Positions 12,742 to 26,961 of a DNA stretch of 64,000 nucleotides are shown one piece after another. Source of the DNA: Trichosphaerium sp. ATCC 40318 (lineage: Eukaryota > Protista > Tubulinea). Below the pieces are notes generated by a model. That model was given only the letters and a program-made list of their open reading frames with translations. It was not told the DNA's origin and made no database searches. Location: assembly GCA_038496445.1 (NCBI GenBank), contig JALMLS010000179.1, positions 186,001 to 250,000 of the forward strand. Direction: 5' to 3'. Made by a program: the position numbers and the translations under genes. How positions within the stretch are numbered: the first letter of the stretch is position 1; the number at the start of each line of letters is the position of its first letter.

Positions 12742-14903
12742 ATGAGTGACACGGAGTTGGAGCCTATATTAACGCAGTCTTTAGAGGAGGCGTCTTATAC
12801 TGACACTCAGGTTTGTATTTGGCGGTTTTTTTAATTTAGTGACATTAATAGCTCATGGTCGCTAATTCGCTTTGTAATAGGATGAGAGGCAACTGTCTGA
12901 AATAGATTTTGAGAATTATGAACAGTTAGTATCATCTCGCACAGAAGTACGATAAGCGTACTTTCCATCGCGTAGAAATTAACGTCGTGCAAAGCGTATC
13001 GTTTTTTTAACGAGAAGAGGCGAATACGAACACGCAACAAGAAGGAAGCTTAAAACAATATCCAAGGACATACCAAAGGTACTAAGAGTACAAACACGCC
13101 TTCCGGCGCCAAACTATTGCCCCTTTTTGATAAATTAGGCCTTTTTTTCTGAAATTGCGAAGCATCATGTTCAGTGCTGACTGATAACGTTCAGGTTGAT
13201 GGAGAACCAGTTGTTTGGGTTGACATAATGTTCCCATCTAGTAAAACGATGAATACCCTTTCAGTGAGTACAAAGCAACAGTTTCTCATATTTGTGTTTC
13301 TTATTCCACAATCAAGGAACATTTTTCTGTCCATCCTCTGACAGTTGAAGATTGTATAATTGATGCAGAATCAACAATGAAAAACGAGTTGTACGACAGG
13401 TGTTTTTGACAAAAAAAAAGAAAACAATTTTTCCATTTGCAATATCTCCGTTCCTCACTCATTAACTTCCTTTTTTTTTCGTTACTTACTACGTTCTATG
13501 TCTCACCTTATACCTAGATATGATTCTTATAGGTATTTCAAGGCAGATTGCAACAAACCTAGCTAGAAAACTAAGAGTTGATGTAGATTCATTGTTGATC
13601 GTGAAGTATATCATAAACCGGGTAGTAACATACTTGTGAGGTACCTAAATATTACCTTGTATAATTAATGATATCGCACCTTACTAAAATAACTACTCAG
13701 CGTGTGGATAAATATCCTATTATTCGAAAATTTTATTATAACATGTCACAATGGACCTATAAAATCACTTGACACAGTCATCACAAGATTAAGTATGAGT
13801 TTACTACCTTTATAACAACCTTTTCATAAATGCAATAGGCAGTAGGAGAAAGCTTATTATGAAAATACCTGCGCGTGTCATGTATGCCATGCTTGATTGT
13901 TCAATGGATATGGTTGTACAATTAACAAAACAGGTGAGAACCCCTTTTGGTTGCAACAAAGAGTGTACTTTCTTTAGTACTAATATATGGAATATATCTA
14001 GTTTTCAATGGAGGTGATCGCATTGGATGCGCTTGTATTAGAGCTATCAACAAGAGAAGAAACAGATCTGCTGAGACGAATTGGTACAAAATTAGTTGGT
14101 ATTTAGTGTTATTCACTTGTTCAAGGCGCTGCAAGACAACGTTCTGTTTATTTAAGGACTCTTCTTTCTTCTAAGGAAACTCTACTTAAGTCACTGACAA
14201 ATGAAAGCGAAATATCTCAAGAGGTAGCCAACTAAAAAGCGAAAGCAAAAGACAATGTTAACTTAAGTGTTTTTAGGAACTCTTAAAAGCTCCTTTAACA
14301 TTTTCAGTAGACTTGGAACGTACTGCATCCCTTATGCTAACAAAAAATACACGTGTATACCTACGTGATGTTCAGGATCACGTGAGAAGGTATTGTTAAC
14401 CTATGCTATAAACAACCAGCAATTTTTGGAACTTTTTCTTCTTTTTCATAGCGTTTCTGTGACGCTTACTTTCATGTTTCAGTATGCTAAAAGAAGTATT
14501 AATGCTTCACGAACGTTTGAATGATCTCAGTGATACGTATTTAGCTCGGTAAGTACACCAGAAAAACCATTTTAAACATGTTGCTTAACTGATATTGTTT
14601 TATTATAGTGTATCTATTTCAGTAGCAAAAGCTTCAAACCGTATGTCTAAGGTAATGAAGCTTTTCAGTGCTGTTGCTACAATTTTTCTTCCAACAACAG
14701 TTATAACCGGTCTATGGGGTACAGTTCAGTTGTATTTTTTTGGGTAAGTTTCATATTAATGTTGTGCAGGTATGAATGTACGAGTGCCTGGCCAAAACAA
14801 TTTAGTTTGGTTCTATGTTATAGCGACATTAATTGTGTTGTATGTATTTGCTATACTTGTTGTCTTCAAACGACTTAAATGGATTGGTGGTGATGATGAT
14901 TAA
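12742..14903 (+). CDS. CorA/Alr1/Mnr2-family Mg2+ transporter
   Basis: VWVDI, FSVHPLTVEDC, SNRMSKVMKLFSAVATIFLPTTVITGLWG|MNVRVPG (GMN signature split by an intron) and a second TM helix. Confidence 0.93.
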
Positions 14904-15067
14904 ATAAAACAAATTTAGTAACTTTGGTCTGGCAGTTTTGATTATTTGTTCGCTTAGAAAGTCACGTGACATTTCAAACTATTTCAGGCATTCAAAAAAC
15001 TTTGGGCTTTAGAGAATTATAATTCAAGGTTCTGGGGGTCTCGAAATAGATAAAGTACATCAAAATA

Positions 15068-15751
15068 TGAAAAACGTGATAAAACTTTTTGATAGCCGCT
15101 TCAATGATAAACGTAGTTCAGCGATCTGAAATTATGTATCAACTCAAGATAAACCCTTCAACATTTTCTTTGAATGGTATGTATTCTGTTTTGGTTACAT
15201 GTGATAAAACAAAACGAACAATCAATAAAATGCCAATGGTTAGTTACAAACATTTACACAAATTGTGCAATGACTGCTGAATCACAAGGAAAGTACACCT
15301 AACAATCATTACTTTTTTTAAGTTGTTTTTTTAGCTGTGTGGGTGATCTATGGTCAGGGTAAACTTCACGTCATAAGCCACACACCATACAATGTGCACA
15401 AAGAAGATTCCCTTTTCACTTCTGTTAGAACTTGCATTGACTCGCTTATTACAATGGAATACAAAGACCACCTTGAAAACACCAACATTATGGTAACAAT
15501 TTTTTTTGCACTTTTAATTTTGTATTAAGGTGCTGTCTGGACACTAAGTCATTGTTCGTATCCAAGTACCGTAATCATCTAACCATGGTACTCTTATTGA
15601 TAAGATTAGGTATGGATCTTTGTATTACATGAACAAGTCTGACAATTTATTACTAGTGCTGGAGATGTCGGATATCAACTTACAACAAAATGTTACAGGA
15701 ATAAACACTGTATTGTTAGAAAATCGTCAGTTGTGGTTTATTCTATTTTAG
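15068..15751 (+). CDS. Possible small spliced hypothetical gene
   Basis: Short ORFs bounded by GT..AG sites (15178, 15493, 15610), but no recognisable motif and no clean frame reconstruction. Confidence 0.25.
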
Positions 15752-18700
15752 TGATAGAGTAAATGTGCTCGAGTGATTCTTTCGTAACCTCTCCTTGGCT
15801 CTTTAGAAACTCATGCTTTTGTTGTTAATATTTGCATGGAATAATTTAATATAAGTACCTTTAATAAACCTGAAGATGAAGGTCTAAGTGAAGGATCCAT
15901 TGTCAAGCAGGCTCTTACAAAGTCATTGCAAAGGTTTGAATAACGTTCTTGGTTCATCAACGGTGGTATACCTTTGGTAGCAACAAGATACATAGCTCTG
16001 AATGGTGGGAACTCCAGGTAAGGAGGCTCACCCTACATATGAGTCAACTTAACAAAAAACAACAGGGAAACAGTACGTCAAGTATTTCGATGGCCAAGAT
16101 GCCAAGGGACCATATGTCAGATTTTAATCCAATATCCGTGTTTGTTATAATCTCAGGGGCGCACCAATACGGTGTACCTATTATAGATGTAGAAGGAGTT
16201 GTACCATAATCAAAACCTTAGTTTTGAATTAACGGGATTGGTAGATGACGTCTAAACGCACCAAGTTTTATTCTTCCGTCTTTATCAATATAAACGTGAT
16301 CACACACAATCTTACCATGTCGCATACCGTTTTCGTGTAGAAAGTTTACACCTTTCAAGACCTACATAGGGTAGATAAACAATACATCCAAACATTTTAA
16401 TCAAAAAAACAAACCGGCGAACCTCTTTGATTATGAACGCCAATTGGGGTTCTTCAAATCGTGTTTCTATACTGTCATCATAGAGTGTATCAATCATCTC
16501 TAGGAGTGTTACACTTGTATTCATATACTCTTCTACAACTCTTAATGTATCCACAGTCAAGTCGATAGTGAAAATCTGTAGTATATTTTGATGCTGTTGT
16601 TTGGTTGCTTCTTTCAACTTCATAATGTCCTGCACATATATTTTGGCTGCTTTCTTTTCGATATTACTGAGAATAAAACTTTTTATGGAAACCGTATCAA
16701 TGCGCATCATTGGATTCTGCGCACAAGTCCTTCCAAATAAGTGAGAAAAAAGTTGCATATTGTTAAGTCTCACCTTAAACTGTGGTCAATTTCCATAGCA
16801 TCTGTTATAGCTTCTTGTGTAGTTTTAGTTTTGATTAAAGACCCTAATAATAGTTAATATCATGATACTTCTGTTTGAGCACACGTTGTCTAATCAACGC
16901 ACTACGTGATGTGTAAACTTGTAGTGCATCCAAGGTTATCGCTAAATTTCTTTGAATATCCTAGTGGCAGCAAGTCAGTTTTTTAGTGTTCTATTCGCTT
17001 ACTTCTTTGGCAATACCAGATGCCTTTAGTATATTTTCCCACTCCATAGGTAGACCACTGAATCCAGTTTCACTGACAAAATCAGTGTGTACATTATGAA
17101 CAATGTTAAATGGAAGGTTTGCTGATCCAACTTCTACTTTTTTGATAGGCTCAATAAGACGCCCTTTGTTTTCTTTATCAACAATGACAAAGGAAGTAAA
17201 AGTACTCAATATGTTCGCGCTTATACAGTATTAGATGTTACATAACGAAGAGTAGCATACCTTTTTGATATGTTTATAATGCGATCTTTTATGTCATCTT
17301 CGTTTATACCTTCTATTGTTTCGCCTTTTTTGTCGTGTAAATGTGATCGTTTGAACTCATAGTCTCTGATAAGTGATTTAGCGTAAAGCTCATAAGCACA
17401 TATTCCAGGTGATATATTAGATGGATCAATTTTTACACACTGGGTCCACTTCCCTGCATGAAAAGTTAGTACAAAAAATTTAGTTTTTTCTGTACATACC
17501 TTGTTGCCCGTCTGCTGAAACTTTCACGGTGAATTCTTTCTCTGATAGATTATCAATCAAAGAAAAAGATGATGTGTAACTTCCACTGAATACAGGTGGA
17601 TTATAAAAAGGTGTTTTAGAAGTAGAGTTTCCTTGCCAATCAAAATGAACCTGTGCATTTAACAAAATAAGAAAAAGACAATGTTGTTACTCACGTTTGT
17701 AAGCCCAGGTTGAAGAGCTCTTTTCATTTGCTTAGAAACTACGTCTTGTATGGTTTCCAAATCATATATTATTTCACATGATCCTTCACCAGCACGTGCA
17801 ATACTTCTCATCAAAGTTTCTTGAGCGTCCTAAACTCTATTAAAAAAAAACACGAAAAGAAACAAGAAAAAAGTGAGATACCTTTGTAATACCGAACGTA
17901 TGTACTCTCGTTGTATCAACATGCGTTCTCACTTTTAATACGCATTCATTACTATCTTGCCCATCACTGAACAGAAAAATTTGACGAGGATAGCCAGGTT
18001 TTGGTTTAGATTTGAAAATATTTATAAGTGCGGCAGCAATATTTGTTCCGCCCATATCAGCTTTCATAGATGACTTTAGCGCCTTGTTAATATTTTCAGG
18101 ACTCGCAATGACACTACTCTAATATAACCATATCAGTAGAAACTCTGAACAAATAATTACAGTACGTCTTCAAACAGTTGTGATGTAGTTGTTCCAAAAC
18201 TGACTATCTGAAAATAAACACTCGAAGGCAACTGCTTCAACATAAGACGAAGTGCCTTTGAAACTAAAATATCACACTGTAAGGTATCAAGTACAACAAA
18301 CGATTAAAATCCTTTACCCCATTCAATTCTAGTTATTCCACAATACTTAGGAGCCATACTACCTGACCTATCTATAACAAAAAATATCTCTCCAAGAATG
18401 CCGTTCTTAGGACACGTGATTTTTGGAAAACAAGAAACCATTACAACCTGGGTTGTAAACTAATCAACAACTTTTTTCCGGCATCTTCTAGATCATACCT
18501 TTTTGTCATCATTGGTTCTTTGCACAAGAACAGTTGGCACGTGGAGATCTTGTACGCCAATCTTTAGTACAAAATCTTTATTTTCTTGCAGCATCAAGTT
18601 TGCCTTCGCAGACTTCTTGTCTTGGGTATAGTTAACACTTGTTAGGTCATGATGAATACTCTCTAGAGATGATATACTTCTTTGGAAATAAATACGCAAG

Positions 18701-19307
18701 TCCAGAGGAGTAGGAAGTCCCTTCGAACTACGACTAGTCGGTTCAAGAGAAGCAGGAATAATAAATAACAGTTTGTCATCTTCCACAGATAACTCTGTAA
18801 CAAATCTCGTTTCTACTATGACAACAGAACCAGATGAAATATTTCCACAACTAGTAGTAAATACACCTGGTTTTGAAACTTCTACAATCACGTGTGAGAA
18901 CAAAAATTTACCTTTCTCAAACAAAATACCTTTTTCTGTTAGAAAAGCACTATGTCCTTCAGCAATTGCATCGTCGTATTCCTCCTGAGCTGTTTGCTTG
19001 TCTCGCATCACTCCAGTCAGGCAGCGATCGTTGACGGTTGCTGTAAAATGTGTACATGTAAAATTATCTCCAAGATCGCTTTGGAAGCTAACAACAATGG
19101 ATTTAAGGCGACTCATTACGTTTTGAAGTAAATCTCAACAATTGTAATTACTTACGTTGCTTCTACTGCTGTATTGGTACAATTACGATACTTTTGTTGT
19201 ATTTGAAGCTTTCCACAGCTGTCAAAAAGCGTGCAGGCAATGGAGCTTGAAATCAGCTCAAACGCTGACTTACCACCTTCAGCACGTAACAAAGCGCGCG
19301 GTTGCAT
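15738..19307 (-). CDS. VIT + vWA (VWA5A-like) + CRIB/PBD + PAK/STE20-like pseudokinase fusion
   Basis: VIT: [20 protein letters not shown] and FTTSCGNI. vWA: [36 protein letters not shown]: [35 protein letters not shown]. Kinase C-lobe: [41 protein letters not shown]. Confidence 0.88.
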
Positions 19308-19581
19308 TGTCTAAGAAGCTGACGCTTTCATAGTAAGACGTTGAAAGACGTTTGTATGTTTTCTTCTTGTTCTGTGAAACAACGCTCAAGACGAAGTTAG
19401 TTTGCCAATTAGTGTTCAAATCTACACAATTTCGCCAGTAAAAGTACAGTTTATTAGGTTGCTTTGAGAGTTCGCAAGTAACAAAAAAAATTGACCCAAA
19501 AAGCATTAAAACGCTAACGGAGGCGAGTACCAAGCGTTTTAGTGTTGCAGGAGCATATAGAACACTGTTGAGCAAGTTTCA

Positions 19582-20149
19582 TCAATGTCTCGCCCAAAAA
19601 CGACAGTGCATTATTTTACCGGATATCAATGACGAACCACGCTCGAAACCGTACTATACAATATGTTAGCAACGAAATAGGAGTACTTTGAACTAAAAAA
19701 GATACTTGCCTTGTTTGCCATTTGAAAAACGCCCATTACGTCATCGAGTGCATTAATATCTTCCTCAATTCTGTACAAGTGTTAACACCTTGTTTAGTAC
19801 CGTTTTGGCGTACTGTGTAGTGTAGAGCAAACGTAGCATAATTTCTACTGACCGTAAGTCTTCTTCTTGTACGTCAATTTCGCACTTTGCACCGTTTTTA
19901 CGCCCTAGATACTGATTTTAGAGTTTTTCGTTTGTTTTGAAAAACATGGGAACGCTAAGCGTACATTTTGGTGATTGCAATACTTTCCGGAATGCTGAGC
20001 ACTCTTCTAGCTTCTGAGAGTGCAAATGTAACCGTTTACCACCTTAAGACTTTGAGAAAACGGTGCTATACGCGTTAAAATATCTTACCGAGGTTGATTT
20101 TAACGTCAGCTGTGTCGGTATCATCGAAGCGAAATACTTGAGTGCTCAT
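19582..20149 (-). CDS. Small BTB/POZ-domain protein
   Basis: Spliced: DTADVKINLGGKRLHLHSQKL..SAFRKVL..EIDVQEEDLRSVEIMLRLLYT..VMGVFQMANKYGF. The 3' end is uncertain. Confidence 0.65.
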
Positions 20150-20376
20150 GTTGTTATATTTTTGTGTTTTGGTTTTTGAGGCAATACTATAAGCTACCGT
20201 TAACTGGTTACAGGAGACACTAAAAAGGCACTAAGATTAAGCCGTACCGATTAAGGTAATGTGATTCGTAAAAAAGTTACGATCTTTTCTGAGATTTACT
20301 TCGTTCCAAGAGAAAACGTTTATAAACGTGGATGGAACTAGGGAAAATATACGAATACATATTGTTTGTCTTATTA

Positions 20377-23300
20377 TTCATTGGAGAGGACCAGGATATC
20401 CAATGTACTCAGAAAGTTGGATGGTAAATGCTCGTTGTAGACTGAAAGAGGATCTAGCTATTATTGGACAACAATAGTGATAGGATCATTTACTGTTGAT
20501 GACTCCAAGGTATTGTTTGCCAGAATCCCTTAGTGCTGGATGAAAGCAAGCTGTCAAGGGCGTAGTACTGATTGTATCAAATTTTCTAAACAAGAGCTCA
20601 AGTACAAAGTAAGTGATGAAAGGTAGGTCATTCTAGAAAAAACTAAAGAATTGTACTCACAAGCGAAGAAATTCTATTCTTATCACTATCGCCGACCATT
20701 TGAACAGTTGTTTTAATTTGAATCTGTTGAACAAGCACATAAAACTTACAGTCGAAAATGATTTGTTCAGATGATTCAAGGGTAGATGTTTTGACTTTTA
20801 TAATACAGTTTTCATTGGGTTTTTTATTCGTTAATTCAAAGTTACTTGTTTGTTGATGACACAAGATTAGGGAATACTTGTTTGTAAGGTTTTCTGTATT
20901 TCTTTGATAAACTTAATATCTGGGCAACAACATCTTGTGATACAGAACCAGACATATCAGCCAAATGAGAAAGCCTAAATGAAACAAAAACATAAGTTTT
21001 GAGAAAAAAATAAGAAACAATTAATTAAAACGTACAGCAACCCATGTGCATTATATTCCATACGGTTTCGGTTTGTTTCATTTAGACAAGAATTAAATAT
21101 CATTGTTGTGCATGTACTACGTAACTATACAGAGAGTGTCAACCAAAAAGAAAGAAAAAAAAGAGAAAAAAAAGAAAGACTTTCGTTTACCTTGCTTAAA
21201 GATAGTTGATCTGCAGCTGCTACTACAGCAAGTACATTTTCAAGGTTAAGTAGTTGCGTAATCTTAGCAATGACGTTCTTTCTTTCATTGTTCATCTTTG
21301 CATTACAAGCAAAATGAAGAAGATCCAAATACGTCCATCCAACATACATACTCGCATCTTCACAAAAAGTTAACAACGCATTCGAGTCACGTGGGTTTTT
21401 TGGATATATTGTTATTCGTGTTGAGCGTACCTTCAGTTTTGTAGTTATTGTATATTTTATAAATACGTTGATGAGCCTTTGTATCCCAAGAAGATAAAAG
21501 GTTTTTATCGCGAGCTATCTCACCAAAATGTTGAACAATATAAGATATACATGATTGCATCAAATCTGGTATTTTTTCTTTACGTAATACTTGATATAAC
21601 TGATATACATTCTTATTCTTAAGCATAGAAGGGTCTGTAAGGAATTTTAGTAATCCTGTTTCTTTATACTCTGAAGCCAATGTGAAAATTTCTCCGAGTT
21701 TTAATGATTTTTCTCGTATTTGAGGTACTGATACAAAGTAGCTGTATATGAGCTTGATAAAGTCTATGAATGTGTCCACACTTACAGTACCATCTGTAAC
21801 AAGTGGTACACGTAAATAAGGTCTGTTTATAGAAGGTAGAACTTCATTAAAGTACGCAGAGAGCAGATACAAAAATACCCTAAAAAGACATTTAGAAAAA
21901 CGAAAAACAAATGTTCATTCTGGAATGCGTAATTAAGTTTGTTGAAGAAAAACCAATCAAAAAAACACGTGGATCTTTTGCACAAAGCGAACGACAAATC
22001 ATTTGTTTTAACTAAAAGTTTTTGAACAGCAATGCATAACTGACGTACTTGTGAACAAATAGCTTCTTTTTACCTATTATAAATACAAAATCAGAGCCAA
22101 CCTCACTTCCTACCATTTTCCTAAAACATCTAGCAATATCTTCATTATCTTCAACAAGAGTACCAGGATAATTTCTTTGTAGTAAAATTTGTTAGTGGCC
22201 CTCAATGGCTGAATACTAGAACTTTCTCGCTGCATACCTTGAGTTTTGACAAAACTTCATCAAGTTATCTTGTAAGTACTCATAACCACATTGAGCCACT
22301 AATTCTGACTCCTCCTCGCTATCAACAGTAATACGTCCAGTATAGATATACATCAAAACTTTAGACATGATAGAAAAACTGTAATCTTCAGATACTTCAA
22401 TAACTTCAATATCCTCGTCAATAACTTCTTGAAAAACATCGTTTTGGTTCTGTTGTTTTTGACGTCTTGTCTTTAGCCTACGCTGTTTTTTTGTACGCCT
22501 GTTACGTATTTCTTCATTTGCACTACGTCTAGATTCGTCGTTTTCTTTTGAAAACATTTTTTTAAAAACAACAGAACGTGAAGATAGAATGACCTTGTGA
22601 CCATAAATAAGCTTATTCCCAACTCGGAAAGCGACGTCTGGGAATACATCAGTGTTATTAAATGCCAATGCGATCCTCTCACTTAAAAAAAATAAGCATT
22701 AAAACAACAAACAAAGCAAGCACATAAAATATCAGAAAAAAAAAGGAAAAAAAGAGAACGACTTACCTCAATGTATCAGGTAGTTCAAGTTTTGGCATCT
22801 CTTCTTTTGATTCTTCTTTAAAAAGTAACTCTTTACTGGAGCGTTTATTGCTAGTAACCTCTTCTTTAGAGCCCTCCTTTGGTTTTTCTTCCTCCTGCTT
22901 TTCTTTACCGTCTTGTTTGTTATCTTCTTTCTTTGGCTCAAATGTTGAGTCATTCTGTTCATTACATTGAGGCACCTTGATTTATTGTTAATTAATTAAT
23001 CATATGGCTACTAACAAACTATTAGATTAACCATACCTGAGTAGGAACTTCATCGATAATACGTAGAACACGTATATCATTATAAACCTTATCATCTTGC
23101 TTACCACCAAATAGCCATATATCTGTATCATTCACCAAAACAGATGAAATATCCTCACGAACAGGTGCTGGAGTTGCTGATTCTCCAACCATTTCCACTT
23201 GAACCCAAGAAAGAGAAGCTATTTTTAACAAAGTGCAAATCAGAGAAGAGTGCAACAAAATGAATATGGTTTACTTACGTAAATGAAGCATGCCAATAAG

Positions 23301-24563
23301 TATCGGCTGTTCTGAAGGCTTTAACGCAGCTTTATACTCTCCTCCTCCAAGTACAACTAAGCCGTCACGACATCCTTTAAGTATTTTTCCTCGTATCTTT
23401 GGAGGATTAGCTCCTCGATGAGTACGCCAAGCTTTTTGCTCTATCACGAAAGAGTGAGGCCAAAGAATGAGTTAAATAAAGATCATACCCATGTCATACT
23501 CACTAATAGCCATTATGAATGCAGATCGTCCACCTATAACGAACATGCGCTTATCTTTATAAATAGAAGTACAATGGGAGGTTTTAACACTAGTAAATCA
23601 AAAAATGAGCTCGAAATTAAAAGTACAAATATAGCGTACCTCGCCCATGGCTGATTGCCTTTAATCCCAGATATAGCTACCCACTTCCAAGTCTCTAAAA
23701 TAATTAGTACAGAAACAGAGTAGCAGAGGTTGTAAGAAAGGTAACAACATTACAAAAACTAACCGACATCCAATGCGTATAAGCCTAGGTCATCAAACCG
23801 TCTATAAACATCTGCAGGGTTACCCACTGGAGCGCCTCCAAACACATATATCATCCCATTACAGTAGTTTATAGTATTACGGTTTAAATGAGGAGGAAGC
23901 GTGGTGCCAGAAGTAGATTTTCGGGTCCACTTGTAATTATCTAAATCAGAAATTAACAATTTCAATGCACGTGTTTAACAACAATATAGCGATAAAAACG
24001 TACCCAGATTTAATATACAAACGCGCATAGATACGAGAGTATTGTTTGTGTTCACAATAGGATCCAACACCACCAGGTTGTTCTATTTTACAGTTTAGTC
24101 TTTCTATTCGTACTTTTATGTATAGTGACGCTTTCAAGGGGCAAATGAGTTACGTTTAGCCGTTGAGTTTGATATTTGTGTATTCTAAACAATAAATACC
24201 TTTACAACAACCGCGTGGTTTCTGATCATGCACGACGGAGCTGGTGCGTCGCCCTTTGGTATTACATTTCGCCAAATCATTGTTACTGAAGCAAAAACGG
24301 TTAACGAAGCTGAATTCAAGCGTTTACTTGCGTGGGTTAAGCCTCCATAGGTATGTATTGTTGTTTGGATCTGGATCGACAGCTTCACCACCAAACACAT
24401 AGATATGTTGGTAATAGTTGAACAGCAACGCATTCGTACGCGGTGGTGGCGTAACGCCCCACGGAACTCTGGCTGGAAGCCAGCGAACCTTGAATGTCGC
24501 AGGAGCAGGTGCTGGTAATACGTTTCCACCAGGCTTCAACACAGCGCGATTACGTACACTCAT
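20377..24563 (-). CDS. Kelch-repeat + tandem BTB protein (LZTR1/RABEPK-like)
   Basis: Kelch repeats (IYVFGG twice, IWLFGG, W-x-W). BTB1: FPDVAFRVGNKLIYGHKVILSSRSVVFKKMF. BTB2: GSDFVFIIGKKKLFVHK. The 3' end is uncertain. Confidence 0.85.
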
Positions 24564-24681
24564 AAGATTAAATCTACATAAAGCAAATGACAAATTTGAA
24601 CTTTCATGACTTCTAAATACACGGAAACAGCCACAAACAGCACTGCAATACAACAAAACACCACTTGTGTTTGACACCCAC

Positions 24682-26689
24682 ATGTGGGTGCGCGTTCAAA
24701 ACGATTTCAAACAACACAACATACATTTACAACCAGAGTTCTTTGCATCATGTGGGGAGCATCTAACGCTGAAATGGGGAACTAACTTAGATTACAACCT
24801 TCTCCTGGAATTAACGTATATTACCTTTATTGAAAACGGTACAGCTACAACCTATGACAAATACTCACCATAAGCGCTAGATTTACGAGCGTTTGGTAAA
24901 CCAACACTGCCACCAAATATTTCAAATATGCAGAATCAGAAGCTACCAGGTCCATATGTTCTTCAACTTACTGAGATTATCAACATTGGAGAACCGTTGG
25001 AATCAAAATATAAAGGCACGCTGGAAACTACGTGCTAGTACTAACCTACGCGCAGAAACGCCAAAAAGAATGTTAAAACTTCAGTTAACAGATGGAAAAC
25101 AAAATGTCGTTGGCATTGAGTACAAGCGACTTTCCTGCCTCAAAATTACAACAAATCCTGGTGCAAAGGTATGTTATTGATTTTGTAGACCGTCTTCATG
25201 TACTTATTCACAGGCTATCGTTTGGGACGTTCAAGTGATGAATGGCATGCTACTCTTGAAGGCTGATAACTTTAAACTACTAGCAGGTAATATACCGTCT
25301 CGTTATCCTGCAGCACTAAAACACATACAGGAGTTGGAGGTGTAAATTCGCTGCAAGAGTACGCACACAAAGTGAAAGAGAACGAATCAAGAAGGTTTGA
25401 TGCCAGCATTCTGTTTACCTTATCAAACATTGTATTTTAGCGCAATTCCAAGCCAGTGGATGGATCACATGGGTAAGATTGATTTCAGTGCCCAAGATAC
25501 TCTTCCAGCAAATGGTGACGATGATGACGAAGAACAGGAACAACTGTACGCAATCTTGTTTGAACTTTTACGCACTGACTATAACTCTAGTGCACGCGCA
25601 CCCACAAATACACCGCCACCGCCACGTAAGTTTTAACTTAAAGCACGAAACGTGCACGTGTATTTACGCGCGTTTTTTTTGTAACAGTTACTGGGCCCAC
25701 TTATACATACCCTGTACATGCACCTGCCACAACCAATTTTGTGTCAACGCCAACTGGTAAACAAATTGCGAGTAGCAACAACACAGTAAGAGCCAGCTAT
25801 TGCGACTTGATTTGACGTTTTTACCTGGTTTTTTTTCTTGCATTCTAAGTAAACCACAGTGCCAATAAATACATTAATAGATAGCTTAGCCTATAAAAAC
25901 AGCGGTTACACCGCGTTCTAAAAGACGTAATCAGAGACTAGCACAACGCCTTCAATCCAACAACAGCATAGCCATTGATGTTGATGAATCTCCAGATACT
26001 CGTACTGCTTTTATGATTCATTAGATTAAAGACTAAATTCTGTATAGAGTTTGATATAAATGCCATGATGGAACTAGATGACATCGTGGCAATGCCAGAC
26101 AAGCCTCGTTTGGGTTATATACACGAGGGCGACAATAACAAAATCCGCGTAGTTGTACACATTGACATGTTTGATAACTAACCTAGCTAATCAGTCTGAA
26201 TAGGGAGCTGTGTTAAAGATAAACAAGCCTGGACTAGTATACCTGCCCAACGAAAATAAGTATGAGTGCGCGGTTACAATCACAGATGGTGTAGCGTTAC
26301 AGGCAGTTTCTGTATCTACAGATTTACTAGAAGTACTGAAACGAATTGAAGTAACCACTCAACCTCCTTAGATTTTTTTTGGTGCGTCAGCATCACAGGT
26401 GCGCACTTGGGAGAATAAAGACAAACAAAAATACGGTGAAGTGCTTGCACACGCCGAAAAGGCAATCTTTAAAGCGGAGGTATGCCACTTCTTTTGTACC
26501 AGAAAAAAGCTTGCCGTTGACGTACTTCTTAGGGTATACTAACAGTAGATTTTACAACACAGGGCATACCAGTTCTTAACAACATTGAGTAAGTTTTGTT
26601 ACTGTTTTTCTTCATGTTGCTGATTATTTACCCGTAGAAGAAGCTCTCCGCAAGATGTACAAGAAATGAAGAAACGGTGTCAGTCGTAA
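24682..26689 (+). CDS. RMI1: RecQ-mediated genome instability protein 1
   Basis: N-terminal OB fold (LPGPYVLQL..IINIGEP, KRMLKLQLTDGKQNVVGIEYK, PGAK), a Pro/acidic linker, and a C-terminal OB fold (YECAVTITDG). Confidence 0.82.
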
Positions 26690-26961
26690 AATAAAGTTGG
26701 TTTTTTAAGTCACGTTATTGATTAAGTTCCTGTTGAATTCAGTCAGAATTCCTTGCAACGAAAGGTGCTGATGCAAAAATTTGTGTTCCGCCAAATACTC
26801 CGTTGATGAACAGACGAATACTCTCAAAGTGTTATACAAGGGTAAGGGGCTTGTACAAACCGTGAATTCAACATTTTGGAAAATAGCGAAATTTCATATG
26901 AAACTCACTTTTTTTTCAACCCGGGCAAACAATAAAGCGTTAATTCTCACAAACTCATCAA

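Noticed and set aside
26720-26900. Heat-shock elements upstream of HSP20
   Set aside because: Only isolated GAA/TTC units are present, with no three contiguous nGAAn pentamers.
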